From assembly GCA_035296085.1 (NCBI GenBank), contig DATHBP010000199.1, forward strand, positions 1 through 50,503: a stretch of 50,503 bases of DNA. The letters are read 5' to 3'. Positions 7,874-18,902 of the stretch are shown piece after piece (position 1 is the first letter of the stretch; every line of letters begins with the position of its first letter). The position numbers and the translations under genes were made by a program. The stretch comes from Nocardioidaceae bacterium (GTDB lineage: Bacteria > Actinomycetota > Actinomycetes > Propionibacteriales > Nocardioidaceae). The notes under the pieces were generated by a model. The model saw only the letters and a list, made by a program, of their open reading frames with translations. It did not search any database and was not told the origin of the DNA.

Positions 7874-8248
7874 GTGAGTCCTGGCCGGCGGTGTTCGCGC
7901 ACCGCGTGTGGGCGCCGCGCAATCGCCACCCTGACCTACGACTACTCCGACCAGACAGCCGTGCTCGGCCCGCTGGCGACCTACGCGGAACCGCATGGCT
8001 ATGACCTGTGCGCACCGCACGCGCAGCGGTTGAGCGCGCCACGCGGGTGGGATGTGCTCCGGCTGGCTGAGCCCGACCCGGCCCTGCCGGGCAGCGACCT
8101 CGAAGCGCTCGCCGACGCCGTCAGGGAAGACGCCGGCACTCCAGCGAGCACCCCGATCGCCAACGCTGCGAGCGACCCCGCGACCTCGGGTCCGCGAGCC
8201 GGCAGCGGCTCCCGCGTCAGGTTGAGGGTGCTGCCCCCGCCCAACTGA
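7874..8248 (+). CDS. DUF3499 domain-containing protein (Rv3258c-like)
   Basis: GTG start. CSRTACGRRAIATLTYDYSDQTAVLGPLATYAEPHGYDLCAPHAQRLSAPRGWDVLRL matches the conserved actinobacterial DUF3499 pattern. Syntenic position upstream of manB. Confidence 0.8.
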   Translation: MSPGRRCSRTACGRRAIATLTYDYSDQTAVLGPLATYAEPHGYDLCAPHAQRLSAPRGWDVLRLAEPDPALPGSDLEALADAVREDAGTPASTPIANAASDPATSGPRAGSGSRVRLRVLPPPN

Positions 8249-8332
8249 GCGACCTGCGTGACCGCACGGCGATAAGGTCAGGTCGCGCGGCCGGGACACA
8301 AGGGCGCGCCGGATGCAAGGACAGGAGACCGC

Positions 8333-9718
8333 GTGAGCGACTCGGCCGAGATCTTCAAGGCCTACGACATCCGCGGGGTCGTCCCGGACCAGCTCGACGA
8401 AGACCTCGCCAGGGCCGTCGGAGCCTCGTTCGTTGCGGTACTGGCGGACTCGGAGGAGGTCACCGCGGTTGCAGTGGGCCACGACATGCGGCCATCCTCC
8501 CCCGGGCTCGCCGAGGCGTTCGCCGCCGGCGTGACCAGTGCCGGGGCCGACGTGGTCGCCATCGGTTTAGCGTCTACCGACCAGCTGTACTTCGCGTCCG
8601 GTTACCTCGGTCTGCCCGGCGCCATGTTCACGGCCAGCCACAACCCGGCGAAGTACAACGGGATCAAGCTATGCCGCAAGGGGGCCACCCCGGTCGGTGT
8701 GGACACCGGTCTCACCGAGATCCGAGAGCAGCTCGGCAAGACCGACGCAGTCGCAGAAGACCAGCGGGGTCAGGTAGAACAGCAGGACCTGCTCTCGGCG
8801 TACGCCCGCCACCTCCACCAGCTCGTACCGGTCGACGGCCGAAGGCTCAAGGTCGTCGTCGATGCCGCCAACGGCATGGCCGGGCACACCGTGCCAGCAG
8901 TCTTCGCCGGCATGAATGCCGAGCTCGTGCCCATGTACTTCGACCTCGACGGCACGTTCCCCAACCACGAGGCGAACCCGATCGACCCGGCCAACCTCGC
9001 CGACCTGCGCACTGCCGTCCCTGCCCACGGCGCCGACCTGGGATTGGCCTTCGACGGTGACGCGGACAGGTGTTTCGTGATCGATGAGCGCGGCGAGATC
9101 GTCACACCGTCGACGTTGACCGCCCTCATCGCGGTGCGAGAGCTGGAGCGCGTGCCAGGCTCGGCAGTCATCCACAACCTCATAACGTCGCGGGCCGTCC
9201 CCGAGATCGTCCGAGAGCACGGCGGCACGCCGGTACGGACGCGGGTGGGCCACTCCTACATCAAGGCGCGCATGGCCGAGACCGATGCCGTCTTCGGGGG
9301 GGAACACTCCGGCCACTTCTACTTCCGCGACTTCTGGCGTGCCGACTCCGGCATGCTCGCCGGCTTGCACGTTCTGGCGGCGCTCGCCGTCACGGACAAG
9401 CCGCTGTCGAGCCTGCTGACGAGCTACGAGCGATATGCGGCGTCCGGTGAGATCAACAGCACCGTCGATGACCAGCAAGCGACGATGCGACTCGTCGAGG
9501 CCAGCTACGCCGACCGGTCCGATCTCCGCGTCGACCACTTGGACGGGCTCAGCGTCGAGCACGCCGACTGGTGGTTCAACGTTCGCCCGTCCAACACCGA
9601 GCCACTGCTGCGGCTGAACGCCGAAGGTGTCGATGAGTCGACGATGGCGGCGGTCCGTGACGACGTACTCGGCCTCATCCGAGGCGAGCATGGCGGGCCA
9701 GGGGAGAAGCGGGCATGA
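8333..9718 (+). CDS. manB: phosphomannomutase/phosphoglucomutase
   Basis: 461 aa. Active-site loop TASHNPAKYNGIK and metal loop FDGDADRCF. The C-terminal domain is intact. Confidence 0.9.
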   Translation: MSDSAEIFKAYDIRGVVPDQLDEDLARAVGASFVAVLADSEEVTAVAVGHDMRPSSPGLAEAFAAGVTSAGADVVAIGLASTDQLYFASGYLGLPGAMFTASHNPAKYNGIKLCRKGATPVGVDTGLTEIREQLGKTDAVAEDQRGQVEQQDLLSAYARHLHQLVPVDGRRLKVVVDAANGMAGHTVPAVFAGMNAELVPMYFDLDGTFPNHEANPIDPANLADLRTAVPAHGADLGLAFDGDADRCFVIDERGEIVTPSTLTALIAVRELERVPGSAVIHNLITSRAVPEIVREHGGTPVRTRVGHSYIKARMAETDAVFGGEHSGHFYFRDFWRADSGMLAGLHVLAALAVTDKPLSSLLTSYERYAASGEINSTVDDQQATMRLVEASYADRSDLRVDHLDGLSVEHADWWFNVRPSNTEPLLRLNAEGVDESTMAAVRDDVLGLIRGEHGGPGEKRA

Positions 9719-9894
9719 ACCTCGACCCGGAGCTGCTGGAGATCGTGGTCTGTCCGGGCTGCCGGTCGCCGCTTGCAGTCGACGAAGAGCGCAGCGAGCT
9801 GGCTTGTACCGGGTGCGGGCTGGCGTTTCCTGTACGCGATGACATCCCGGTGCTGCTGATCGACGAGGCTCGAAAGCCAACCGACAAGCCTTGA
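9715..9894 (+). CDS. Trm112-family small zinc-ribbon protein (59 aa)
   Basis: Below the 60-aa cutoff of the ORF track. My translation: MNLDPELLEIVVCPGCRSPLAVDEERSELACTGCGLAFPVRDDIPVLLIDEARKPTDKP. It has the CPxC...CxxC motif and the Trm112 signature FPVRDDIPVLL. The ATG overlaps the manB stop (ATGA) and its stop overlaps the next start (TTGA). Confidence 0.85.
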   Translation: MNLDPELLEIVVCPGCRSPLAVDEERSELACTGCGLAFPVRDDIPVLLIDEARKPTDKP

Positions 9895-10940
9895 GCCTGC
9901 CGATGGAGCCCTTCGACGAGACTCTGCTCGACGACGCGGAGGCGTTGGCGCGGTTCGACCCGGTCCTGCGCCGGTTGGCCGAGAGCGGGGCGCGAGTGCG
10001 CAAGGAGGCTGCCGCGGCCGCGGAGGCAGGGCCGTCGCTCGCGGAGACACCGCGGCCACGGGCGATCGTGGCCACCGGCCCGGACGCCCGGCTGTTGCGC
10101 GCGGTGCTCGAACCGTGGTGTCCCGTCCCGTTCGTCGCCTGGCCGGGACCGAACCTGCCCGGCTGGGCGGGTGCGCTGGATCTCGTGGCAGTGCTCGCGC
10201 CCGGCGGCGCCGACCCCGGCGTGTCCTCGAGTGTGGTGGAGGCCGTACGCCGGGGCTGCGGGCTGCTCGTCGCCGCCCCGCGCCACTCGATCATCGCCGA
10301 ACACGCCGCGAGCAGGGCGACGACCCTGCTGCCCACGCAGTCCGACGACGGGCTGGCGGTGGCGGTGGTGATGCTCCAGGCGCTGCACCACCTTGGCCTC
10401 GGGCCTGAGGTCACCGCCGAGTCGGTGGCCGCCGCGTTGGACGGCGTAGCGCTGTCGTGTTCACCGTTCCAGCCGTTGGGCGCCAACCTGGGCAAGGACA
10501 TGGCGATCGCGCTGGCCGACGCGCTGCCGCTCGTATGGGGCGGGTCGGTCCTCGCCGCTCGGGCCGGGCGTCGCGTCGCCGAGGCGCTGCGCCGGACGTC
10601 TGGCCGCGCGGCCCTGGCGGCAGACGCGGCGCACCTGCTGCCTGTACTGACCGCGGCCAGTCGTCGCGACTTGTTCGCAGACCCTTTCACGACCACGTCG
10701 CTCGACGTCTACGACGAAGAGCGTCCCGCCCTGGTGGTGCTCGACGACGGCACCGACGATCCCGCCGTACGTGAGCAACGTGGTCATCTACTGCACGTCG
10801 TCGAGGAGCACGACCTTCGAGCCCATCGGATCGAGGCGCGCGAGGGTCCTGATGTCGCGCGCTATGCAACGTTGCTGGCGACCGGCACCTACGCCGCGAC
10901 CTACCTTGCGATCGGCCTCGGCCGCCCCGTTACGGCCTGA
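9891..10940 (+). CDS. SIS-domain / bifunctional PGI-PMI C-terminal-like protein (Rv3256c-like)
   Basis: 349 aa in the conserved position between manB and manA. TTG 9891 (coupled) or ATG 9903 start. Confidence 0.7.
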   Translation: MSLPMEPFDETLLDDAEALARFDPVLRRLAESGARVRKEAAAAAEAGPSLAETPRPRAIVATGPDARLLRAVLEPWCPVPFVAWPGPNLPGWAGALDLVAVLAPGGADPGVSSSVVEAVRRGCGLLVAAPRHSIIAEHAASRATTLLPTQSDDGLAVAVVMLQALHHLGLGPEVTAESVAAALDGVALSCSPFQPLGANLGKDMAIALADALPLVWGGSVLAARAGRRVAEALRRTSGRAALAADAAHLLPVLTAASRRDLFADPFTTTSLDVYDEERPALVVLDDGTDDPAVREQRGHLLHVVEEHDLRAHRIEAREGPDVARYATLLATGTYAATYLAIGLGRPVTA

Positions 10941-10960
10941 GCCGCAGTAGCGTCGCGCCC

Positions 10961-12139
10961 GTGGATCTGCTCGCCAACTCGGTGCAGTCCTACCCGTGGG
11001 GTTCGACCACTGTGCTGCCCGGCCTGCTGGGTCGTTCACCGAACGGCGAGCCGCAGGCTGAGCTGTGGGTCGGAGCCCACGAACGACTGCCGTCCCGACT
11101 CACCCGCCATGGGGCGAAGCTCGGGCTGGATGAGGTCATCCGTGCTGACCCGGTCGGTGAGCTGGGCCAGAGTCTCGCGGGGGCCGCCAGGCTGCCCTTC
11201 CTGCTCAAGATCCTGGCCGTCGAACGGCCGCTGTCCCTCCAGCTGCACCCCGACGCAGCCAGTGCTGCCCGGGGGCATGCAGCAGAGCAAGCGGCGGGAC
11301 TGGCAGGCGACGCGCCGCAGCGGTCCTTCTCCGATCCCTGGCCCAAGCCGGAAATGCTCTACGCAGTCACTGACTTCTCGGCGTTCAGTGGGTTTGCCGA
11401 GACGAGCGAGGCGCGAGACGCCCTTGATGCCGTGGGTGGGTCGCAGCTGGAACCCGTCCGGGCGGCCCTGGACAGCGGCGACCCCCTCCGGGCGGCACTG
11501 TCGGCGGCGCTGCGGTTGCCCGCCGACGACGTGGCTGCCATAACCGGCCGGGTTCGCGCGGCCCCCCAAGGCGGTGCGAACACCGGCCGGACCTTGTCGC
11601 CCGCGTTGGCGGAGCTCGCTGAGGAATTCCCCGACGACCCGGCCGTGGTCGCCCTGCTGCTCATGCGCGAGGTCACCCTTGCGCCCGGAGAGACGCTGTT
11701 CGTGCCGCCCGGACAGCTGCACTGCTACCTGGCCGGGACCGCCTGTGAAGTGCAGGTCAGCTCCGACAACGTCCTGCGAGCCGGCCTCACCGCAAAGCAC
11801 GTCGACATCGACGGGGTGCTCGAGCTGCTGGATACGCGCGCGGGTGCGTTGCCCCCGGTGCCGGTTAGCGATGTCGGCGTTGAGCGGGTGTTCCAGCCGC
11901 CGGTCGAGGAGTTCGCGCTGGCGGCGATCGCCGACGTGCCGACACCGACCCCGCTCGCGGAGGTCCCCGGGCCGGCTCTGCTCATGTGCTTGCAGGGGCG
12001 CTATCAGGTGTTCGCCGGAGACAACGACTCGATGGAGCTTGGCCAGGGCGAGGCGGCGTACGTGCCTGCCCGCGACCCGGCTCTTCGAGTGCGTGGAGTC
12101 GGTGTGTTGCTGCGCCTCACCGGCAATCGGGCAGGATGA
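10961..12139 (+). CDS. manA: mannose-6-phosphate isomerase, class I
   Basis: SVQSYPWGSTTVLPGLLG...EPQAELWVGAH...LPFLLKILAVERPLSLQLHPD is the typical type I PMI N-terminus with zinc ligands. Confidence 0.9.
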   Translation: MDLLANSVQSYPWGSTTVLPGLLGRSPNGEPQAELWVGAHERLPSRLTRHGAKLGLDEVIRADPVGELGQSLAGAARLPFLLKILAVERPLSLQLHPDAASAARGHAAEQAAGLAGDAPQRSFSDPWPKPEMLYAVTDFSAFSGFAETSEARDALDAVGGSQLEPVRAALDSGDPLRAALSAALRLPADDVAAITGRVRAAPQGGANTGRTLSPALAELAEEFPDDPAVVALLLMREVTLAPGETLFVPPGQLHCYLAGTACEVQVSSDNVLRAGLTAKHVDIDGVLELLDTRAGALPPVPVSDVGVERVFQPPVEEFALAAIADVPTPTPLAEVPGPALLMCLQGRYQVFAGDNDSMELGQGEAAYVPARDPALRVRGVGVLLRLTGNRAG

Positions 12140-12181
12140 GCGCGGTCCCTCCGCATCGCCATACCGAAAGGAACCGCCCGG

Positions 12182-13150
12182 ATGAGTGCTGAAGGAAGTA
12201 ACCGGGCGATCCTGGCCGCGCTGTTCGCCAACCTGGGCATCGCGACCACGAAGTTCATCGCCTGGATCCTCACCCACTCGTCCTCGATGCTCGCGGAGGC
12301 CATTCACTCGGTCGCCGACTCGGCCAACCAGGTTCTCCTGCTCGTCGGCCGGCGCCGGTCGACTCGGGCACCCACGACGGAGCACCAGTTCGGGTTCGGC
12401 CGCGAGCGCTACCTCTACGCGTTCATCGTCGCCGTCGTGTTGTTCTCCGTGGGTGGACTGTTCGCGATGTACGAGGCCTACCACAAGTACCACGAGGTGC
12501 ACGCGGGTGAGCCAAACGAGCTGCTGACCGGCAAGTGGTGGTGGGTCCCCCTCGTCGTGCTGTCTGCCGCCATCGTGATGGAGAGCTTCTCGCTGCGGAC
12601 GGCCATTCATGAGTCCAACAAGGTGCGCGACGGCCAGTCGTGGCAGGAGTTCATTCAGTCGGCGAAGAGCCCCGAGCTGCCGGTCGTGCTGCTCGAGGAC
12701 ACCGCGGCCCTGCTCGGTTTGGTCTTCGCGCTGATCGGTGTCGGCATGACACTGCTCACCGACAACGGCTACTGGGACGCGGCGGGCACCGCGGCCATCG
12801 GCTTGCTGCTGGTCTGCGTGGCGGTCGTCCTTGCCATCGAGACGAAGAGCCTGCTGCTCGGCGAAGCCGGCACCGCTCAGTCCGTCCAGCGCATCCAGGC
12901 GGCACTCGAGGCCGAGCCCCGAGTGGCGCGAGTCATCCATCTGCGCACCATGCACCTAGGCCCAGACGACCTGCTGGTGGCCACGAAGGTGGCGTTCCGC
13001 GACGACGAGACCGCGGCCGACATCGCGATCTCGATCGATGCGGCCGAGCAGCGGATTCGCGAAGCCGAGCCCGTCGCACGATGGGTCTACATCGAACCCG
13101 ACATCTTCCGCGCCGATCACCAGGCGGCCCCGCGGCCCGTTCCCAAGTAA
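12182..13150 (+). CDS. cation diffusion facilitator family transporter
   Basis: [42 protein letters not shown] (TM1-2 with the HxxxD metal site). Six TM segments plus a C-terminal cytoplasmic domain. Confidence 0.85.
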   Translation: MSAEGSNRAILAALFANLGIATTKFIAWILTHSSSMLAEAIHSVADSANQVLLLVGRRRSTRAPTTEHQFGFGRERYLYAFIVAVVLFSVGGLFAMYEAYHKYHEVHAGEPNELLTGKWWWVPLVVLSAAIVMESFSLRTAIHESNKVRDGQSWQEFIQSAKSPELPVVLLEDTAALLGLVFALIGVGMTLLTDNGYWDAAGTAAIGLLLVCVAVVLAIETKSLLLGEAGTAQSVQRIQAALEAEPRVARVIHLRTMHLGPDDLLVATKVAFRDDETAADIAISIDAAEQRIREAEPVARWVYIEPDIFRADHQAAPRPVPK

Positions 13151-13211
13151 ACTGGCACTCGGCCAGCCCGCTCGAGGGCGGCACACCGCCGGAGACGACA
13201 AGGAAACCCTC

Positions 13212-14642
<1,431 letters not shown>

Positions 14643-14676
14643 GGCGGTGCCACGGACCGGGGCGTGAGGTGACGCG

Positions 14677-15366
14677 ATGAGCAAGCCGACGCGAGGACGC
14701 GTCCTGGTCGTCGACGACGACTCGTCCTTGGCCGAGATGCTCACGATCGTGCTCGACAGCGAGGGGTTCGAGCCTCGGGTCTGCTCGACGGGCGAGAAGG
14801 CGATGGGGGCGGTACGCGATTTCCGTCCCGACGTCGTACTGCTGGATCTGATGCTGCCCGGCAAAGACGGGATCGACGTCTGCCGGGAGATCCGTGCCGA
14901 GTCCGGTGTGCCCATCATCATGCTGACCGCCAAGAGCGACACCATCGACATCGTCGTCGGGCTGGAGTCGGGAGCCGACGACTACGTGGTCAAGCCATTC
15001 AAACCCAAGGAGCTGGTGGCGCGGATCCGCGCGCGAGTGCGCCGGGTCGACGAGCCGGCGCCGGAGGCGCTGCAGATCGGCGACCTCAGCATCGACGTTG
15101 CCGGGCACACGGTCAAGCGAGGGGGCGCGGCCATCCCGCTCACCCCGCTCGAGTTCGACTTGCTGTTGTGCCTGGCCCGCAAGCCCTGGCAGGTGTTCAC
15201 CCGTGAGGTGCTGCTCGAGCAGGTGTGGGGATACCGGCATGCGGCGGACACCCGGCTCGTCAACGTGCATGTGCAGCGGCTGCGGTCCAAAGTCGAGGTC
15301 GACGCCGAGAACCCCGAGATCGTCCTCACCGTGCGAGGCGTCGGTTACAAGGCGGGGCCGCCCTGA
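14677..15366 (+). CDS. mtrA: OmpR-family response regulator MtrA
   Basis: RVLVVDDDSSLAEMLTIVL...DVVLLDLMLPGKDGIDVCREIR...IIMLTAKSDTIDIVVGLESGADDYVVKPFKPKELVARI, followed by mtrB and lpqB. Confidence 0.95.
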   Translation: MSKPTRGRVLVVDDDSSLAEMLTIVLDSEGFEPRVCSTGEKAMGAVRDFRPDVVLLDLMLPGKDGIDVCREIRAESGVPIIMLTAKSDTIDIVVGLESGADDYVVKPFKPKELVARIRARVRRVDEPAPEALQIGDLSIDVAGHTVKRGGAAIPLTPLEFDLLLCLARKPWQVFTREVLLEQVWGYRHAADTRLVNVHVQRLRSKVEVDAENPEIVLTVRGVGYKAGPP

Positions 15367-15404
15367 TCGCGTCGGCTCGCTCTTCCCGGCGGGCGTGGGC
15401 GAGC

Positions 15405-17081
15405 GTGCTGCCTCCGCCACTCATGCAGCTGGCCACCTTGTGGCGGCGCTCCATCCAAGCCCGCGTCGTGCTCGGGACGCTGGTGCTCTCGGCGCTTGTC
15501 GTCGCGCTCGTCGGCTGGGTGCTGCTGCGTCAGATCACCAACGGGCTCGTAGAGGGCAAACGCGTCGCCGCGGTCTCCGAGGCAGTCGCAGGGTTCGAGA
15601 ATGCCCAACAGCAGCTGGACGCCGCCGCGACCAGCGACCAGGTCGACTCCGCTCAGCTGCTCACCCAGCTGGTGGAGAACCTCGCCAGCCGCGGCGGGCA
15701 GAGCGGCTTGTACGAGGTGGTGCTGTCCGGACCGATCTCCGCGCCGGGGGCGCGGCCGCAGCGGACGCCTGTCATCGAGTCACGGGGAAGCCGGCTCTCG
15801 CCGGGTATCGAGCCGGCGAGCATCCCCGCCCGCCTGCAGAGTGCGGTCGAGTCGTCCGCAGGCAGCTGGTGGGCATACACCCGCATCGTCTACTCACCCC
15901 CCGCCGATCCCGCGACGTCCCCGGGTCTCGCCGTCGGCTCGCAGCTGACGCTCCCCACCGAAGGCGGCACGTACGGCGTGTACTACGTCTTTCCGCTTAC
16001 CGAGCAGCAGCAGACGCTCAACGTGGTGCGCAACGCCCTTGCGACCGCAGGTGCGTTGCTCGTACTGCTGCTGTGCGCCGTCGCGTTCCTGGTCGCCCGC
16101 CAGGTGGTCAATCCGGTGCGGCTGGCTCGCCGGATCGCTGAGCGGCTCGCGGCCGGTCGGCTGGAGGAGCGCATGCTCGTGCGTGGCGAGGACGACATCG
16201 CGCGGCTCGGCACGTCGTTCAACCAGATGGCCACGAACTTGCAGCGCCAGATCCGACAGCTCGAGGACCTCTCGCACGCGCAACGCCGCTTCGTCTCCGA
16301 TGTGTCGCACGAGCTCCGCACACCGCTCACCACGGTGCGCATGGCGGCCGACGTGCTCTATGACGCGCGCGAGCGTTTCGACGGTGTCACGTCCCGTTCC
16401 GCCGAGCTGTTGCAGGCAGAGCTCAACCGCTTCGAGTCGTTGCTGATCGACCTGCTCGAGATCAGCCGCTTCGACGCCGGCGCCGCCGTACTCGACATCG
16501 ACGACGTGGACCTTGCCGAGTTGGCACAGCGTGTGTGTGACGCTGCTCACGCGTTGGCCGTACGCCGGGGGTCGCGACTGCACGTTCAGGCCCGAAGCCG
16601 CGACTGCGTCGTGCCCGCCGACGTCCGGCGGATTGAGCGGATCCTGCGCAACCTGGTGGTCAACGCCATCGAGCATGACGAAGGCGGCCAGGTGGAGGTG
16701 ACAGTGGCGGCGTCAGCGGATGCCGCCGCCGTTACCGTCCGCGACCACGGCGTGGGTCTCGCGGCAGGGGAGGCGGCGCTGGTGTTCAACCGCTTCTGGC
16801 GCGCGGACCCCGCGCGGGCGCGAACAACCGGGGGGAGTGGGCTCGGCCTCGCCATCGCGCTCGAGGACGCACACCTGCACGGGGGATGGTTGGAGGCCTG
16901 GGGCGTACCCGGCCGAGGCGCAGTGTTTCGGCTCACCCTTCCCCGCCGGCTCGGTGAGCGGCTGGAAAGCTCACCGCTTCCGCTGGCACCCGACGGAGTC
17001 GTCCAGACCGACCCGCCCGCCACGGGCGCCCATCCTGACTCCTCGCAGCCACGCCTCGGGGCGGGGGTGCTCCCACGGTGA
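15405..17081 (+). CDS. mtrB: sensor histidine kinase MtrB
   Basis: WRRSIQARVVLGTLVLS TM1, HAMP domain, H-box FVSDVSHELRTPLT, G-box GGSGLGLAIALEDAHLHGG. The start is uncertain: GTG 15405, ATG 15423, or a non-canonical codon abutting the mtrA stop. The track start at 15225 lies inside mtrA. Confidence 0.9.
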   Translation: MLPPPLMQLATLWRRSIQARVVLGTLVLSALVVALVGWVLLRQITNGLVEGKRVAAVSEAVAGFENAQQQLDAAATSDQVDSAQLLTQLVENLASRGGQSGLYEVVLSGPISAPGARPQRTPVIESRGSRLSPGIEPASIPARLQSAVESSAGSWWAYTRIVYSPPADPATSPGLAVGSQLTLPTEGGTYGVYYVFPLTEQQQTLNVVRNALATAGALLVLLLCAVAFLVARQVVNPVRLARRIAERLAAGRLEERMLVRGEDDIARLGTSFNQMATNLQRQIRQLEDLSHAQRRFVSDVSHELRTPLTTVRMAADVLYDARERFDGVTSRSAELLQAELNRFESLLIDLLEISRFDAGAAVLDIDDVDLAELAQRVCDAAHALAVRRGSRLHVQARSRDCVVPADVRRIERILRNLVVNAIEHDEGGQVEVTVAASADAAAVTVRDHGVGLAAGEAALVFNRFWRADPARARTTGGSGLGLAIALEDAHLHGGWLEAWGVPGRGAVFRLTLPRRLGERLESSPLPLAPDGVVQTDPPATGAHPDSSQPRLGAGVLPR

Positions 17082-18847
17082 GGCGTAGGCGGCGAGGCGA
17101 TGTGGCGGCCCTGGCCCTGTGTTTTGGCGCGGTGCTCACGGGCTGCGCAGGAATCCCCGACAGCGGGCCGGTGCAGCGGGGGTCTCCGGTGACGGCGCAG
17201 CAGGAGCCCGCCCTCATCGAGTTCCGCCCGGACGGGCCGTTGCCCGGTGACTCACCTCAGCAGGTGGTCGAGGGTTTCCTCGCCGCCATGCAGGCCTACC
17301 CGCCCAGCAGCCTCACCGCACGGCGCTTCCTCACCACGCCCGCTAGCGCGAACTGGCGGCCGGAGACTTCGACGTCGATCTACAGCGACCATGTCAGCAA
17401 GGTGGGCGTCGACGGCTCGGTCACGCTGCGAGCCACCATGCTCGCGACGCTGTCGGCGCAGGGAAGCTGGACGTCGGCAGCGTTCGGAGGACAGACGTAC
17501 TCACGCGACATGGGGCTGGTGCGCGTCCGCGGGCAGTGGCGCATCGGCAACCCGCCGGTCGGGTCCTTGGTCTCGCAGTCCTACTTCGAGCGCTACTACC
17601 GGCCGTATTCGCTGTACTTCCTCGCTCGCACCCGCGACGTCGTAGTTCCCGACCTGCGCTACCTGGTCGAGCGGCCGCAGACGCCCACGCTGCTGGTCGA
17701 AGGGCTTCTCGCGGGACCTATCCCGCGGCTGGCGCCGGCCGTCGACACGTTGGTGCCTGCCTCCACCGAGGTCAACGTGTCGGTGCCGGTAAGCCCCGCC
17801 GGGCTTGCCGACGTCGCCCTGAGCCGAGATGTGCTGGCGCTCAGCGGGGAGGACCGCCAGCTGCTGTTGGCCCAGCTGGTGTGGACCCTACGTCAGGTCA
17901 CCGGGATCACCGGGGTCCGGGTCACCGCCGGTGGCGCCGGCCTTGAGATCCCCGGCTCGTCCGGCGTGTCGTCGGTCGACACCCTGCCGGGGTTCGATCC
18001 CGCGGGTTTCGCCGCCACGCGCTCGCTGTTCGGCTTGAGCGGCGACCAGCTCGTCACAGTCAGCGGTTCGCAGGCGACGCCCGTGGAGGGGCTGCTCGGC
18101 TCAGGTGAGCTGCCGGCGACGTCCTTCGCCGTCGACATCCCCGGCCGTCGCGCGGCTGTCGTCTCCGCCGACCGGCGCAGCATCGTCGTGAGTGCGTTCA
18201 CCGCAGGTGCGAGCGACGCCGGGCAGCAAGCCGACGAGTGGTACGCCGCCGCGAAGGGCTCGCGGTTGCTCCAGCCGTCCTGGGACCGTACCGGCCGACT
18301 GTGGGTGGTCGACCAGACCAGCGACGGCGCCCGCATCGTTGTGGTGCGAAACGCCCGCCCCACTATGCTCGTCGTCCCGGGGCTCAGCGGCCGCACCGTA
18401 CGCGCACTGCGGGTCTCGCGCGACGGGACACGGCTGGCTGCCGTGGTTGTGGCAGGCGACCAGGGCCGACTAGTGCTAGCCGAGATCGTTCGTTCGACCG
18501 ACGGCAGCGTGCGGGCGGTGAGCCGACCGCGTCCTGTGGTCAGTCCCGTCCTAAAGCTCGACAACGTCATGGACGTGGGGTGGACGAGCCCCACCAGCCT
18601 CGGGGTCTTGGTCCGGGTCCGAGCCGAGGGCCGGCAACCGTACGTGGTTGCCATGGACGGTTCGTCGGTCACCGCGTCGAGCGCCCTGCCCGATGCCGCC
18701 GCCACTGCCCTCGCCGCCTCGGCCAACGCCGAGGTCCCCGTGGTGGTGAGCACGCGCGACGGGAAGCTGTGGATCCAGCGCACCGACCTGAGCTGGGCCC
18801 GTCTCGCCGGCGGCAGCCCGATCCGGTCCCCCGCTTATGTCGGCTAG
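17078..18847 (+). CDS. lpqB: lipoprotein LpqB (MtrAB accessory)
   Basis: Signal peptide plus lipobox ALALCFGAVLTGCAG. 589 aa. The GTG start overlaps the mtrB stop (GTGA). Canonical mtrA-mtrB-lpqB order. Confidence 0.9.
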   Translation: MRRRRRGDVAALALCFGAVLTGCAGIPDSGPVQRGSPVTAQQEPALIEFRPDGPLPGDSPQQVVEGFLAAMQAYPPSSLTARRFLTTPASANWRPETSTSIYSDHVSKVGVDGSVTLRATMLATLSAQGSWTSAAFGGQTYSRDMGLVRVRGQWRIGNPPVGSLVSQSYFERYYRPYSLYFLARTRDVVVPDLRYLVERPQTPTLLVEGLLAGPIPRLAPAVDTLVPASTEVNVSVPVSPAGLADVALSRDVLALSGEDRQLLLAQLVWTLRQVTGITGVRVTAGGAGLEIPGSSGVSSVDTLPGFDPAGFAATRSLFGLSGDQLVTVSGSQATPVEGLLGSGELPATSFAVDIPGRRAAVVSADRRSIVVSAFTAGASDAGQQADEWYAAAKGSRLLQPSWDRTGRLWVVDQTSDGARIVVVRNARPTMLVVPGLSGRTVRALRVSRDGTRLAAVVVAGDQGRLVLAEIVRSTDGSVRAVSRPRPVVSPVLKLDNVMDVGWTSPTSLGVLVRVRAEGRQPYVVAMDGSSVTASSALPDAAATALAASANAEVPVVVSTRDGKLWIQRTDLSWARLAGGSPIRSPAYVG

Positions 18848-18902
18848 GCGGTCGTCCACCGCCTGAGCGAGCGCCGCCCGCCAGGCGCGCCAGCCGGCGA
18901 GG

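Noticed and set aside
8249-8286. 8-bp inverted repeat gcgacctg...caggtcgc between DUF3499 and manB, and a 6-bp stem at 18847-18863 after lpqB, as terminators
   Set aside because: The stems are short, with a large loop (22 nt) or minimal length, and there is no U-tract. This is within what is expected by chance in GC-rich spacers.
8669-10696. Very long antisense or off-frame ORFs in the track. Examples: 8669..10696 (675 aa), 21756..24722 (988 aa), 11036..12955 (639 aa), 34484..36160 (558 aa), 36272..37414, 247..963 and 5417..5914.
   Set aside because: All lie opposite or out of frame to genes with strong family signatures (manB/SIS, secA, manA/CDF, gdh, galE, cofE). Their products are Arg/Gly/Pro/Ala-rich low-complexity strings, which is typical of stop-codon-poor alternative frames in 70% GC DNA.
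13151-13211. SAH riboswitch upstream of ahcY
   Set aside because: Only 61 nt separate the CDF stop from the ahcY ATG, and I see none of the conserved SAH-aptamer strings such as GAGGAGCG or AACGGCGCUC.
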